Assembly: GCF_000143415.4 (NCBI RefSeq)
Contig: NW_003314290.1
Span: 62,001 to 126,000, forward strand
DNA: 64,000 nucleotides
Source: Selaginella moellendorffii
Lineage: Eukaryota; Plantae; Lycopodiophyta
Reading direction: 5' to 3'
How positions within the stretch are numbered: the stretch's first letter is position 1; every line of letters starts with the position of its first letter. The notes under the pieces were generated by a model that was not told the DNA's origin, searched no databases, and was given only the letters and a program-made list of their open reading frames with translations. Both the position numbers and the translations under genes were made by a program. Positions 23,760-36,989 of the stretch are shown here, piece after piece.

Positions 23760-26700
23760 ATGGAAGTAAGAATGGTGGGCGCCGCTATGGTAAGCGTGGA
23801 GACAACGATTTTGATCATCGGACTACTTGTCTTGGGTATGGCACTGTGGTGGGGTCTTTTGTGGAGCCACGGCCGCAAATCCCGTGCGATTATGCCCGTA
23901 AACACGGGCACAGACCAGGGAGCCGTCATCTTGCTTGTGCGCGAGGAGGACGAGAGGATCGGACATGTATCTGGTGTTGCCGAGGTTGAGCGCGAGGTGG
24001 ATGTAAACAGCTTCTTTGGTCAGGCTTCTACTTTCGAACAAGGTCATTTTATTCTGAGTTGAATGAGTTTGATTCAGTAAACATTCAATTGTTTTGCAGA
24101 TGCCATGAGAGTCAAGCATGGCCATGAGGTTCAGGCCGCTAGCAAGATTGGTGGTGACGTACTCGGAGCTGAGTTTATCGCTGGTTTAGAAGAAACACTC
24201 GCTCGTCGGAGGCAATGGATTGATCGGTGCGCTCGCTCCCTCAACATCCATTTCAAGCTTCTTGAGGAAGGAGACTCTGGCAACACAAATAGTGCTCTGG
24301 AAAAGTGCGAGAAGCAGGATGAGTCGGATCATGAAGAAGAAGAAAAGCTCGTGACAGATCTAGACGTTACTGAGTTGAGCTTGAAGAAGGATCATAATGG
24401 AAGTGGGAAGACAAGTGGAGCTGAATGCATCATCTTTATCGAAGGTATGATCAATGCAAGGGGTCATTAGAAACTAATGTCATTCGTTTACAGGTGAACA
24501 GATCGAGGGGGATCAACTTGTCAGGACTCCCAGGAATCTCGATAGTATGGTGGGCCTTTCATACAGGGACGATGCAGAGGAGAGGAACTCTCAGCCTCTG
24601 GAAGTCGAGATGGTGGAGAGTGGCCAAGTTCCTTGCAGCCAAATCGTCGGCCTTCCACCGCGGGGATTTGAACGGGCTATCGAAGTCCACAAGAGAGCGA
24701 TGTACCACGCGTCTGTTCACGAGCATGAGATCGCGGATGAAGATGAAATGAGAAGGAGAAGGGATATTGACTCCTACAGCGATATACTCGACAACAACAA
24801 AGGTTTGAGTATCCAAAATTCTTCGATGACAGAAAGCTTATCTACGATTGTTTTGCAGGTGCGACTAACTGCATGAAGCTTGAGTGCAAGCACGCTCCTT
24901 CTGAATGGATCAAGGCAAATATTCAAGACTGGAGTGACAGAGATCTCCAGAAAATGAGGGACAAAGGTTCGAGGATCTAAATTCTTCGATGATAAAAAGC
25001 TTATCTACGAATGTTTTTGCAGGTGCGATTAACAGAGAAACCAAGATGGTGGAGCACATGTCTTTGGCTTGTATGGAGCTTGATTTCAAACATGTTCCTG
25101 CGTCATTGTGGGAGTGCAAGGCGGATAATCAAGATGGGAGCGATGGAGATCTCAAGGGAAGTAAAAGCTTTCTTGGTCAGGCTTCTACTATCGAACAAGG
25201 TAATGTGATTTTGAATTTGACTCAGTAACCATTCAATTGTTTTGCAGATGCCATGAGATTTAAGCATGGCCACGAGATTCAGGCCGCCAGCAAGATTGGT
25301 GATGACGTGCTGGGAGCTGAGTTTGTCGCCGGTTTAGAAGAAAAACTCGCTCGTCGGAGGCAATGGATTGATCGGTGCGCTCGCTCCCTCAACATCCATT
25401 TCAAGCTTCTTGAGGAAGGAGACTCTGGCAACACAAATAATGCCCTGGAAAAGTGCGAGGAGCAGGATGAGTCGGATCATGAAGAAGAAGAAACGCTTGT
25501 GACAAGTTCACACAGAGACTCATTGGCAGATCTGGGCGTTGCTGAGATTAGCTTGAAGGCAACAGCTGTGGAGGAAGTTGAGAAGACAAGTGAAGAATGC
25601 ATCATCTTTATCGAAGGTATGATCACTCTCTGCAGGGATATGTAGAACTCACACGTCATTCGTTTACAGGTGACCAGATTGAGGGGGATCAACTTGTCAG
25701 GACTCCCAAGAATCTTGATAGTGACAATAGGATGGTGGTTCTTTCAGATGCAAAGGAGAGGAAATCTCAGCCTCTGGAAGTCGAGATGGTGGAGAGTGAC
25801 CAAGTTCCTCGCAGCCAAATCCTCGGCCTTCCACGCCGCCAAAAGAGAGACCATCTTGACTGGGAATCTGCTATGGAAGTGTCTCGACTCCGCAAGAGAG
25901 TGAAGTACCACGCTTATCACATCGACTACTACGACGCGCAGCTCAAGGAAAACTCGATCCAGGCTTGGAGATCAGACTTTTCTTGGCTTGTTCACGAGCC
26001 TGCGATCATGGACGAGGATAAGATGAGAAGGAGAAGGGAGTCTCATATTGACTTCTTCAACGGCTACACCGCTGAGCTCGAGAATTATTACAAAGGTAAG
26101 ACGATCTAAAGTTTTCCATGATAGAAAGCTTAGCTACGATTGTTCTGCAGGTGCGATTAATAGCGAAACCAAGATGGTGCTTGATTTCGAGCATGTTCCT
26201 GCGTCATTGTGGGAGTGGATCGAGCCGGACAAGCAAGATTGGAGAGATGGAGATCTCAAAGGAATGAGACATGACTGTAACAGCTTTTCTAGTCATGCCT
26301 CTACTATCAAAGAAGGTAACTTGATTCTGAATTTGATTCAGTAACCATTCAATTGTTTTGCAGATGCCACGAAATTCAAGCCTGGGCATGAGATTCAGCC
26401 CGCTAGCAAGAATGGTGGTGATGTACTCGGAGCTGAGTTTATCGCTGGTTTAGAAGAAACACTCGCTCGTAGGAGGCAATGGATGGATTGGTGTGCTCGC
26501 TCCCTCGACATCCATTTCAAGCTTCTCGAGAAAGAAGACTCGGCTGGCAACACGGGGAATGCTCTGGAAAACTGGGAGGAGCAGGATGAAAAGCCCGTGA
26601 CAAGTAGTGACTCAGAAATGATCAAAGAAGTGGCAGATCTGGAGGTTACTGAGTCGAGCTTGAAGGGAACAGCTGTGGAGGAAGCAGCTTCTTCCAGAAT

Positions 26701-27115
26701 CAACGAGCTGGACGTTGTCATAGCTGTGCGTGATCAAGCTCCAGCTTCCGCTGTGGAAGAAGTAGCGAACCATGATCAAGCACCAGTTCCTTCCCGACAC
26801 AACGAACAGGGGAATCTCGACGTTGTCATAGCTGTGCAGGAAGAAGTGCCATTGTTTTTAAGTGGGGAGGACGATCGTGATGGAGTTGAGAAGACGAGTG
26901 GATCCTTTCCTCCGGCTGCCGAGCAAGCGGATCTTCTTGGCCGTCTTGCAACATGGTTTGGTGGTAGAAGAAGAAAAGTGGACAGAGCAACTTGCGGGCT
27001 TCCATCTCGGGAGGATGGACCAGTACACCTCTTTTACGATCATAAGGACGACTGTTACAAACAACTTGGGGAATTTTATGGCACAGGGAAGGTGTCCGTG
27101 GAGGTTGTCCGGTGA
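23760..27115 (+). CDS. Unknown ~977-aa protein: N-terminal TM anchor plus three internal repeats; 9 exons, all introns phase 1
   Basis: Exons 23760-24042, 24100-24444, 24494-24802, 24859-24966, 25023-25199, 25248-25616, 25670-26095, 26151-26315 and 26364-27115 join via GT-AG introns into one stop-free 2934-nt frame. The motif GAEFxAGLEExLARRRQWxDxCARSLxIHFKLLE occurs three times. The 3' end could splice on at GTGAG 27112. Confidence 0.75.
24005..26700 (+). repeat. Three tandem ~1.1-kb direct repeat units (exons plus introns)
   Basis: CATTCAATTGTTTTGCAGATGCCA recurs at ~24082, ~25230 and ~26346. Confidence 0.93.
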
Positions 27116-27445
27116 GCCGTGCCATGACGGAGAAGAGAGCGCAGCTCAAGGTTCTCAAAATTTTCCACCATGAAAAAATTTCATCGGACAAGGAGCTGAG
27201 ATCCTCACTGAGGAGCTCGTGGGGAGGTCCAAAGACGATTAGCAAACTTAACTACTATATCATGGTAAACATCATCTACGAGAGCGTTCGTCACCCAACA
27301 GCCATGGCAGCAAGGTGATCTTCAGCAGCTTTCGTCACTGACTGTGGAGTAGAGCGCAAACTTGTGCCAGTACCTGCATGGTTGATCTCTTTACTTAAAG
27401 AAACTACTTATTAATATATTTATATACATATATATATCGACTTCG

Positions 27446-27890
27446 TTAGAAAGCAGAACTCACAAGTGGACGAGGTGTCTGCCAGACCATAAGAACAATC
27501 CCCAGTGTGAGGTCCCGACGACATGATCTCCGATTCTGTCTTGTCGGGCAGCCTTGAGCGCGATCAAACAGATAGCCTCCGTCTAGCGCCAGCAGCGGCA
27601 AGATATTCACTACTGCTAGATTCAAGTTGTGCAGCGCCGTGAACTGGAACAGCCCCGCAACATCCAACCTCACAACCTCAGCTCCCACGGCAACGATGGC
27701 AACCGGGCCTGAGAGTTTGTCTGCGGTTTTCATCACCGCCTGCGCCAATCCCTCCACGACTTTGCTGCCCAGCTTCCAAAACTCGCGGCTGGCTTGCACG
27801 GTGGCGTCCGCCAGATCTCTGGTCTTCACCCTGGATGTTTGGCGAGGGCTGGACGCCAATCCTTCCATACTCATCCTGTCCGGAAAGAAG
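27446..27890 (-). pseudogene. C-terminal fragment of a chloroplast M50 metalloprotease (RseP/ARASP-like)
   Basis: KLSGPVAIVAVGAEVVR..GLFQFTALHNLNLAVVNILPLLALDGGYL contains the NxxPxxxLDGG motif. The HExxH N-terminal part is absent and the C-terminus is frameshifted. Confidence 0.82.
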
Positions 27891-27899
27891 ACGTCCTTA

Positions 27900-30270
27900 C
27901 AGAGCTTTGGCTTCTTGTGGGGCTCCGTCGTAAAGTCGCTATTAACTTTTGTTCTTGTGAGACTCAATCGTAGAGAAACGAACTAATGCATCTCAAACCG
28001 TTCCTTGTGGCCATGAGCAGCAAGGCATTCATACACTTCTCTCACTGTTTGGTACAGGCAAACGTACCCACTGGTCTGGTCAACCTGTCCATGGACACGA
28101 TATTGTTCTTCCAGGTTTATCGTGGTTGGCTACATGGCACTTCTCGTTGCCATAATCACTATGTTTAGCGAAGTTTGATAGCAAATTTCAGTGACAAACG
28201 ATTAACCAGCTTTCCTGCCACATCACAGACGTTGGACTCGCTCTGCAGCTTACTTGTAACCCTCTTGTAAGTTGAAGTGAAAAGCCATTACAAATTTCCA
28301 CACAACTGGCATTAGTCGGGTACAGACACCCTGGGTGGATGGAGATGGGCTGGAGAAATTATATTAGCAGGAGTCCACGCTAGTCAACTCAAGAATTGAA
28401 GGAAGTCGGAAAAGAGATATAAAATATGTTCTATCTATCTATCTATATATATAATCTCTTCATTAATTGTACTATATATTTTCAGAATGTTATAAAATAT
28501 TTTTAATAATACTTTTATCATATATATATATATATTTTAAAATCACTTATAATTATTTATCTTTTTATTAATTCACTTTCTAACATAACAAACAACAACA
28601 AAGCTATACTAAACAAAATTATGCTTTCTAGGGGTAATGAATATGCGTAAAATATGCATAAATATTCTGGGATATTCTACTATCTAACTGTTGTTATTCA
28701 TTTAGATTTAAATCATAAAATTTCCTAAACACTTTCTAATATATTATAATTTATTATGCAATGAGATCGATCTTGTGTTTACAAACATGTTTATAGTTAT
28801 ATACTTCATGTGTTAAATCTGCTTTCAATACACATTATAAACTCAGATTATGTAGTGATCAATTCATCATTACATAATGATAAATAGGAATAACACCAAA
28901 CAAAGCATTGTTGCATATTGTTTTGGTGATGAATTTAGTAGAAATATTTTAAATTTAAAATATCATTAAAACTGCTGAATTAAATTATTTTATTTACTTT
29001 ATAAAATACAAAATAACAATCGCAGATGAATTAAAAAATTATAAAAATTATAAAAAATAAAATTCACATGTATAGTACCTTTATGTTAATTGTTACATAG
29101 CTGTATATTTAAGAGTTAAAACAACTTTTCAAATATAAAGTGAACTATAAAATATTGAATTTAGCAATACTAAGTTGATCTTGTCAACCATTTCAGCTGA
29201 GGTTTATGTTTGTCACAAACGTTTGACATGCTTTGTAATTTACGTGTAACCAAGTAAGATATCCAAGTTTTGGAAGAAGGCTCTCTAGGTGTGCTTCACA
29301 ATACCATCTGGCTCTTCTGAGTAGATCAACCATTCATATATAGTGACTCTAGGAACAGCCAGCCGAAGTGGTGAAAGCCTCTGAAGGGCCGAGAAACCAT
29401 CCATGGCTATTGCGTGAAGAACATCAACCATGATATGGCTGCTGTGGTAGATGATGTTTTTGACGCCATTGCGAGAAATCTGAGCGATTCATATAGCAGT
29501 TAATTTAATGTTTTCTAGTTTCATATTGCTAGTAAAGCTAGCAGCTATTGCCTGTACCATCCACATCCCTATAGACTAGGCCAGGAATCCCCAAGGGCAA
29601 CTTCCTCCAAGCTCTCGCCCAAGATCCTCTACTTCACTGCTCTTGGGCCGCCTGTTTGGTAGGCTCCCAATGCACCAGCTCCCACAAATTCCCCCTCACA
29701 GGCATTTGCAGGCCTGTGAGAGATCTTTCCGTCCAGCCACTCTCCACGTGTAGAGTGGCAGGATATACTGATTGAGCAAACATGAAAACGTTCAAATGCG
29801 GTCATTGTCAGTAACAAAATAAGAAAACCCTAAAAAAATGTTTAATATTTCCATGAAGAACCTCCATGGCAATGCTTAAATCCATGAATATTGAGCATTT
29901 TCAGATCCTCTGCCAATGCCCAATCCTTCTCCATATCAGTTTGTCTCCCAGCATCTCTCTTCAGCATCGTGTCACTCCGCTCAAGAGCCCTAACAGAAAA
30001 GAACATGGTTAGAAAACGTGTAACAAACAAGAGCAGCAAATGCAGTGTTTGCAGGGCCAGTGTGTTACTATTGGCAACCCATGGGATGCTCTCACACAAG
30101 CTCAAGGCTACATTATAAACCAGGTATAAAAGGCAAGGAGAAGAGGTGAAGAAGGTAGAAGCCAAGCCTCCATCCCATCCCCTCTAGAGAATCTTGTGTT
30201 TAAAGGCATTTACTAGTGATTCCTAGGACTTAAATCATGGAGTGTCCTCTGGAGAGGATCTCACAGCCTG
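27900..30270 (+). pseudogene. Inverted, degenerate duplicate of the PIG-W 3' exons and downstream flank (~170-1400)
   Basis: 28055-28170 (CAGGCAAACGTACCCACTGGTCTGGTCAACCTGTCCATGGACACGATA) is the reverse complement of the last PIG-W exon. 29250-29520 matches rc 496-690, 29635-29750 matches rc 340-440 and 30195-30265 matches rc 170-245. An AT-rich block at 28260-29210 interrupts it. Confidence 0.85.
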
Positions 30271-32208
30271 TTAGTGGTACATGGTATCTACTCCTGATCC
30301 TTCTGGATCTCCTCTCGATTGCATTACCGCATGTATTTACCCATTCTGGAGATCTGCAACCATCCTGAATTTGATCTTCCACAACATTGTTTAGGCTGGT
30401 TCTCCACGTCCTTGCCAGCATGCTAGCCTCCCCCACCTCGCAGATTTAATCCCTTTATGTCATGTCTGTTGTACCAGTTTAGATGGCATATACCATCCTA
30501 GAAGGTACATTGAACAAACTTATCACTCAAGCTAGATGGCATGAAATATTTAAAATGTCAGCATAATTATGCTTTTTTTATCCTTGCTGATGCAACTTAG
30601 TTGCTCTCTACTTGCTAGTGGGAGCTTCATGAGGCAAAACAAATATGTACCTGTGACCTAATCTCTCAGCACACTACAAATGCCAACACAAGATCTCCCA
30701 CTCACTCCAAGTTATTTTGGACACTGATGGAAAAACACTTGCTAATCAAAGAAAAAAACCCATATCCATATGCACAAGCACACTCTAATCTAAACCACAC
30801 TCAAAATGCATTAAACAATCCTTATTCTAATTCACACTCACAAAATCCCCAAGGGGAGCCTAACCCATACTCTTTATTACTTCCCACTTTTATTTTCCAG
30901 CTCCAAGATTCTCAGGATCTTAGAATGCACTCTAGCTCCACCACTGCCCTACCTACCTCATGCAGTTTTATTGCAGGCGCAGTGGGGTTATGTCACAAGT
31001 TGTGAGGATGCAAGTTAAATTTGCATCCTAGTTTGAGGGCAACTGCACAAACTTGAAAACAAGTGGATTCCCTTCTGATTGCACACTTTCAATTTTCTTG
31101 CAACAAGAGGAACCTTGCTAGTCATATCAGTCTCTAACTTGATCTGATACTGTCTTGATAGTCACTATTTTAGACTTGGCCACATATTGCAGATCTCCCT
31201 CACAAGTGCCTTGAAGACCTGATTGCAACAACATTAGTGCTGAATCCCTTATTTGCCATCTTAGTAGGACTCTCTTTTAGAATTCCTCACTAGCCACCAT
31301 ATTATAGAATTCCCTTCTGAAATCTCCTAAATATGAGGCTTTTTCATCATTATATAGCCTCCATTAGCAATCATTCACATTCCCCCATTAGGTTCCCTTC
31401 CACTATTTTCTATCTCCACATTATAAGTTTTTCCTGTAGTGAACATGACTTGAAACTTGTTCATAATTCTCCCATTCAAGGATTCCCTGTCAGCATCCTC
31501 CTTTATCATGTAATAATGCATGGAGCTCTACTACCTCGCTGTAATGCACCACATTAAACCACACTTACCCCAATCTAGTTCCTCACAAATAGGTAGATTC
31601 CCCTTAACACATCAATAAGATTCTCTTCTATAATCCCTCTCAAGAATCTCCATTGCAAAGTTGTGTTATTGCCTAAAAAAAATCCGCTACTAAGATCTCC
31701 ACAACATCCTCAACTACAAACCCTGGCTTCTTAATATTTGCATCCTTATTAAGTTTTGAAGCTCAGCTCATTTTTTTCTTTTTTTTCTCTTAAAAATCCC
31801 TTTATAGAATCTCTTGTTATCTTAGTCAACTCCACAATACCTTCTTTAACATATGTAGCATGATCATAGCTGGACATTGTTGGTTGATTAAACAATCTTG
31901 AGCCAATGGTCACCATCACACTTAAAACAAATGTTGTGTCATCCACCACTACTTTTGTTGCCTAACCTTCTTATAAAAAATGTGAGCTGATGATTTATTT
32001 GACTCTTCAACTCATATATCAATGTATGGTATAAAGATATAAATATATACCCTTTATAAAAATATAAAAGGTATATCTTTATACCCTTTTGTGCGTAAAG
32101 ATGTTCCCTAACCTTTTATTCCATTAGGTCAAGGAATATCCCTATAAACTAAATTCTTAACCGTACAATGGTCTTTTTTGCTAAGTTGATAAAAGAGCTA
32201 AAAGATTG

Positions 32209-34139
32209 TCAAGCCTCAACTTGCAACTTCTTGAGCAGACTGTGCGTCTCCTCGTTCGCCTCCACTCCCTCCGCCTTCATCCTTTGCAAGAATCCATAGG
32301 CGGGTACCTGCGCATTCACGTATGCCTTGAGCAGCTTGTTCCACACCCCAACCTTGGCCATGTTGCCCGCCTTGCACTTCTCAAACGCGCTCTCCGCCGC
32401 CTTCACGTCCGCCTTCTCCACCGCCTCCTCCAGCCCCTTCCTCGCCGCCATCTCCTTCTCCTTGTCCTTCCTCACCACCGCCTTGGCCGCCTTGCTCATC
32501 TTGATCGGCTCCTTCTCCCAGTCCACCAGCGTCACCCTCAGATCCATCTCGTTCATCTTCTTCTCCAGCTCCTTGATCTCGCACTTCATCCCCTTCTTGT
32601 AGTACGCCAGCAGCAGGTTGTTGTGCCGCTTCAAGTCCACCGTTTTGCTCCGCTTCCACTTGTCCATATGCTTGAACATCGAATCCACCCTCTGCACCTC
32701 CCCTGCCAGCGCCATCGCCCGCTGGAACGCCAGAAAGCTGTTGAATCCATCGCCTGGAACCATCTTGCACTTCTGCCACATCCGCTCCACGTCCGAGATC
32801 AGTCCCAGCTGACCGTAAGCCAGCATCATGTACTCGAACGTCGCCTTCGTCCTCCGGAAGGGCCCGACTTCCATCCGCAGGAGGCTCACCTCCGCCTTGT
32901 CGGTGAGCCCGGCCTTGAGGTAGCCTTTGCAGAGCGTGAAGTAGGAGGTCCCGTCCGGCTTGGCGTTTGGATTGAGCTTCATCTCCTCGAAGATCTTCTC
33001 CATGCCTTCGACGTCCCCGGCCTTGGCCTTGAGGTCCAGCATCACGTTGTACGTGAAGATGTTCGGCTCCACCGCCACGTCCTTGGCCTTCTCCAGCATC
33101 TCCTGGAACTTTGCGTTGTCGCCCTTGTGCTTGTAGAGCTTCATCATGAGGTTGAGCGCGAAGGGGCTCTGGGACAGGAAGCCGGCCTTGTCCATCTCCT
33201 CGAACAGCCCCTCGGCCTTCTTCACATTGTGGAGAAAGACGTAGCGAGTGAGGAGAGCGTTGTACACGGGCCGGGTCTTCTCCTCGGCCGAGAGCTCCTC
33301 AAACAGCTTCTCAGCGGCCGCGATCCCCTTGGACCTCGCAGTTATCTCGAGCTGGAAGGATCTCGCCAACTTGAAGTCTTTGTAATCGGGCTCATCCACG
33401 ACCCACTCGATCATCTAGCAAAGTAGAAGAGAAGTTAAAAAACAGAAGAACGAAACCGAAACTTTTCTTTCTTACCTCCAAGGCATGAGCCATCCGGTTA
33501 GAGTTCTTCAGCCTGTTGATTACCGTCACGATCATGCTCACGGTGAGATCTTTCCCTTCCTCCTTCCACTTGTCCAGCACCGAGGACATACTCTCGTCCT
33601 TCTTGCAAGCAAAGATCCTCGCGAGAAGCTCTTGCTCCAGCTTGTCACTGTGAGCCAGCGTAAGCCGCCTCTCAGACTTCGATTTCTCCACAGACTTCAC
33701 GGTAACCGGCTCGTGCGAGTTCACGTCCTCGTGTTCCTCCTCTTCCTCGTCTTCATCCTCCTTGGTCTCCTCTGGCTCGTCCTCGATCTCTTTTAGGCTG
33801 CTGCTCGATTCGGGCTCTTCAAACTCGTCGCTCTCGGACAGGTCGGAGGCGCTGTCGTGCCTGGTGGCGAAGCCCCGATACGAGAAAGAGAGACCCCGGC
33901 TGGTTTTCACGTAGCTGGTCGCGTCACCAGGCAGCAGCGCTCGAGAGAAGCACCGTCTCGCAAATGCCGCTCTTGAATCCGAGCTCCCTAGTCCCGGTGA
34001 GCACCGAGGCACATTCTTCTCTGTAAAGCACCTGGAGCGCGAGAAAGCAAGCGAGACAATCGAAACCAAGCAAGAAAAGCTCGAAATACCATTTGCGAAG
34101 CGATGAGGAACACGCCGCTGCTCTCCGGACCTTCCACAT
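32209..34139 (-). CDS. P-class PPR protein, probably mitochondrial (3 coding exons)
   Basis: Arg/Ser-rich presequence MWKVRRAAACSSSLRKW|CFTEK..RGFAT and an acidic linker. Then HALE|MIEW, KGIAAAEKLFEEL, VYNALL, PNIFTYNVML; ends GFLQRMKAEGVEANEETHSLL. Confidence 0.88.
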
Positions 34140-34299
34140 TGCGCGCGTGAGCGAGAAAACACACCACAGCGGCGGCGATCACTCGCTGCAGCACCGCGCA
34201 CTCGATCAAACGGCGAAACAGGGCGAATCTAGCAAAAGCGCTTACCAGTTCTAGGACGAGGACGACGACGCCGCTGGCGCTCGCGGCATAGACGAAACT

Positions 34300-34567
34300 G
34301 GACGAAGAAAATGCAGACCCTAAAACCCTAAGCCCTATACCCTTGGACGCATCAGACCGTTAGAACCTGCGGTTGGATCTACCTTGCCAATGGCCCACTC
34401 ACAAGACGTCACGTGGCACAGGCTGCTCCAGATATTTTTTCCCGGCAGCTGTGGGGATTCGAACGCCGGACCTGTTCAAATAAAGCATATGCGCTTGAAC
34501 AGTAATGGAATATCCTTCTAGGGTTTTGCAAAGCCGAGCTATGGCGTCGTGAGGATTGTGCTCGAGA
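34300..34567. promoter_or_regulatory. Short divergent promoter (PPR / DnaJ) with telo-box-like repeats and a G-box/ABRE
   Basis: ACCCTAAAACCCTAAGCCCTA at 34317-34337, GACGTCACGTGGC at 34405-34417, CTAGGGTTTT at ~34518. Confidence 0.55.
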
Positions 34568-36556
34568 ATGGCCATGGCGCCGGTGGCTGGAGCGCTGCCC
34601 TGCAATTCACCGCTCCATCGATGGGACAAGACGGCCTCGGTGAGCTTCTGCGGCGCCAAATCGACGTGGAGTGGCAGAGTTCGTCTCCAGCAGCAGCGGC
34701 AGAGGAAGAGATTTCGGATCTGTGCGGCGGGGGATTACTACGGAGTTCTTGGCGTCCAAAGGGGGGCGAGCAAGCAGGAAATCAAGAGCGCGTATAGGAA
34801 GCTGGCTCGCAAGGTAGGCCAGCTCGTTCTGTCCCGCATTTTTGTGATTGGAGGCAATGATCTGCCGCAGTTCCATCCAGATATCAACAAGGAGAAAGGC
34901 GCAGAAGAGAAATTCAAGGAGATCAGCTCGGCTTACGAGGTAAATGCGTCTCATCCTCATCCGAAAAAGAAAAAAAGTAAGAGTGGTAGAATTTTTCACG
35001 TAGGTGTTATCCGATGATGATAAAAGGCGCTTGTATGATCAATTCGGGGAGGCTGGAGTCAAGGGCTCTCCTGGAATGGGATCTACTGCTGGCGCTTATG
35101 CGGTATGGGATTTGTTTCTCTCCCTCCTTTCTCTTGTTTGATCTCTTTCTTGTTTACAGAGCAATCCCTTCGACTTGCTGGAGTCGTTTTTTGGAGCTGG
35201 AATGGGTGGCATGGGAAACTTTGGAGGCATGGGAACTGGAACAAGGCGGAGAAGCACTGCCGTGCAGGGTGAGGACGTTCGGTAAGCTTGTGAGGAGTCT
35301 TGTAAGTTGATTGACCTCGTCTGGTTTTCTAGTTACGACATGACTTTGGAGTTCTCCGAGGCCATTTTCGGCGCAGAGAGGGAGTTTGAGGCGTCACACT
35401 TGGAATCCTGTCGAGCTTGTGGCGGCTCTGGTGCCGTCTCGAGCACGAGTCGAAGGGTGTGTCCTACGTGCGGAGGGAGAGGCCAAGTAATGCGTACTCA
35501 AGAAACTCCTTTCGGCATGTTTTCTCAGGTTCGAGTATCCGTTTCTATACGTCCTTCGGGATTTTCACACAGCCATCTTTCAGGTGTCTACGTGCACGTC
35601 CTGCGGAGGAGAGGGGGAAGTTATTGCAGATTACTGCCGCAAATGCGGTGGTGAGGGACGAGTACGATTGAAAAAAAGTTTGAAGGTGACTATACCGGCT
35701 GGTGTAGACAATGGCAGCACTTTGAGAGTTCGCGGAGAAGGCGATGCTGGGCTGAGAGGGTATGTTGTTGCCTATCAGACGCGTTTTTTTTCTAATTTGT
35801 CTTCGGTTTCGCAGTGGACCACCGGGAGATCTCTATTTGTATCTAAGTGTCAAGGAAGTTCCTGGCATTCAGAGAGATGGGGTGAATTTGTACTCGACCG
35901 TTTCGATTAACTACACGGACGCAATTTTGGGAACTGCTATCAAGGTACTGTCGTGATGATATCAGTCGGATCGATGTCAAAAGATGGGCTTATAGGTACA
36001 AACTGTAGGCGGGACCATGGACTTGCAAATACCTCCTGGAACACAACCAGGTGACGTTCTCGTGCTTTCAAAGATGGGAGTTCCTCGCCTGAGCAGGCCT
36101 TCTGCGCGGGGGGATCACTTCTTTACAATCAAAATAGTGATTCCAAAGCGGTTAAGGTGACTGAATCGTTTGTCGATATTGGCTATATGGTTTCTTATGT
36201 TGGTTGCTCTTTCATTGCAGTGAATCGGAGAAGAGCCTGATCGAGGAGTTGGCAAATCTGCAAAAGCAGCAAAAATCTCGAAGTCCAATCAAAGGAAAAG
36301 CGCGTAAGTCACACCGAGCAGCTATTTTGCGGTGGCTTAGAAGCTTGGAAACCTGTGCAGGTGTGAACGGAGAGAATGCACAGAGCCAAAGCCAAGGCCA
36401 ACAAGACGAAGAAGAAGATGGTGGAGTTTTGGGCAAGGTGACGAGCGCCATTGGGTAAGTAAAGAACGAGAACAAAGCAAAGAAAAAGCTCGGCTTATTT
36501 CTCTCCGCAGGTCCGCTGCCCAGGGTGCTTTGAGATGGCTACGCGAGAACCTATGA
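34568..36556 (+). CDS. Chloroplast type I DnaJ (DJA-class) chaperone, multi-exon
   Basis: Transit peptide, J-domain [20 protein letters not shown]|FHPD, G/F region and four CxxCxGxG zinc motifs; ends [10 protein letters not shown]. Confidence 0.93.
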
Positions 36557-36989
36557 CACATTCTTTCCTCCTTTTTTGATCGTTTCTACCTTTTTATATC
36601 CAGAGTCGTCAATCAACACCCAGCAGCAGCAAAACGTTTTTCCAATGAATACCGATCGCTGGCCATCTAAACAGGTGAAACTTTCGTGTCAGTTTTCGCC
36701 ATTCTAACCAGTTCTTACAGGGAAGAAGAGAAGAGCACACTCCGTGCCTTTGTATAGCTATTTGCATAAAAGGATATGGGAAAGCCCCCCCACCAGGTGA
36801 TCAAACAATCGTCTCGTAATCGAAGCCCCCGAACTACAACGAAAGCTTTGTGGGTAAGCATCACATTTAAAACGACTACCTTTTTGATCATGAAGATCAT
36901 AAGAAAAAAATGTTGATCTCCACACTTGTCACTGTAAAGCGAAAGATTTGTCATCTTTCAAACGGATCGCGAGAGCTTCTTACCAGCCT

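Noticed and set aside
30690-31960. Degenerate TE-like segment
   Set aside because: Composition suggests a decayed transposon, but I found no termini, TSD or diagnostic motif.
32206-33426. 406-aa plus-strand ORF
   Set aside because: Antisense shadow of the GC3-rich PPR exon; the L/H/R-rich composition is typical of such shadows.
34441-34475. tRNA-like T-loop/B-box (rc GTTCGAATCCCCACAGCTGCC)
   Set aside because: No D-arm, anticodon arm or matching acceptor stem could be built; at most a tRNA/SINE remnant.
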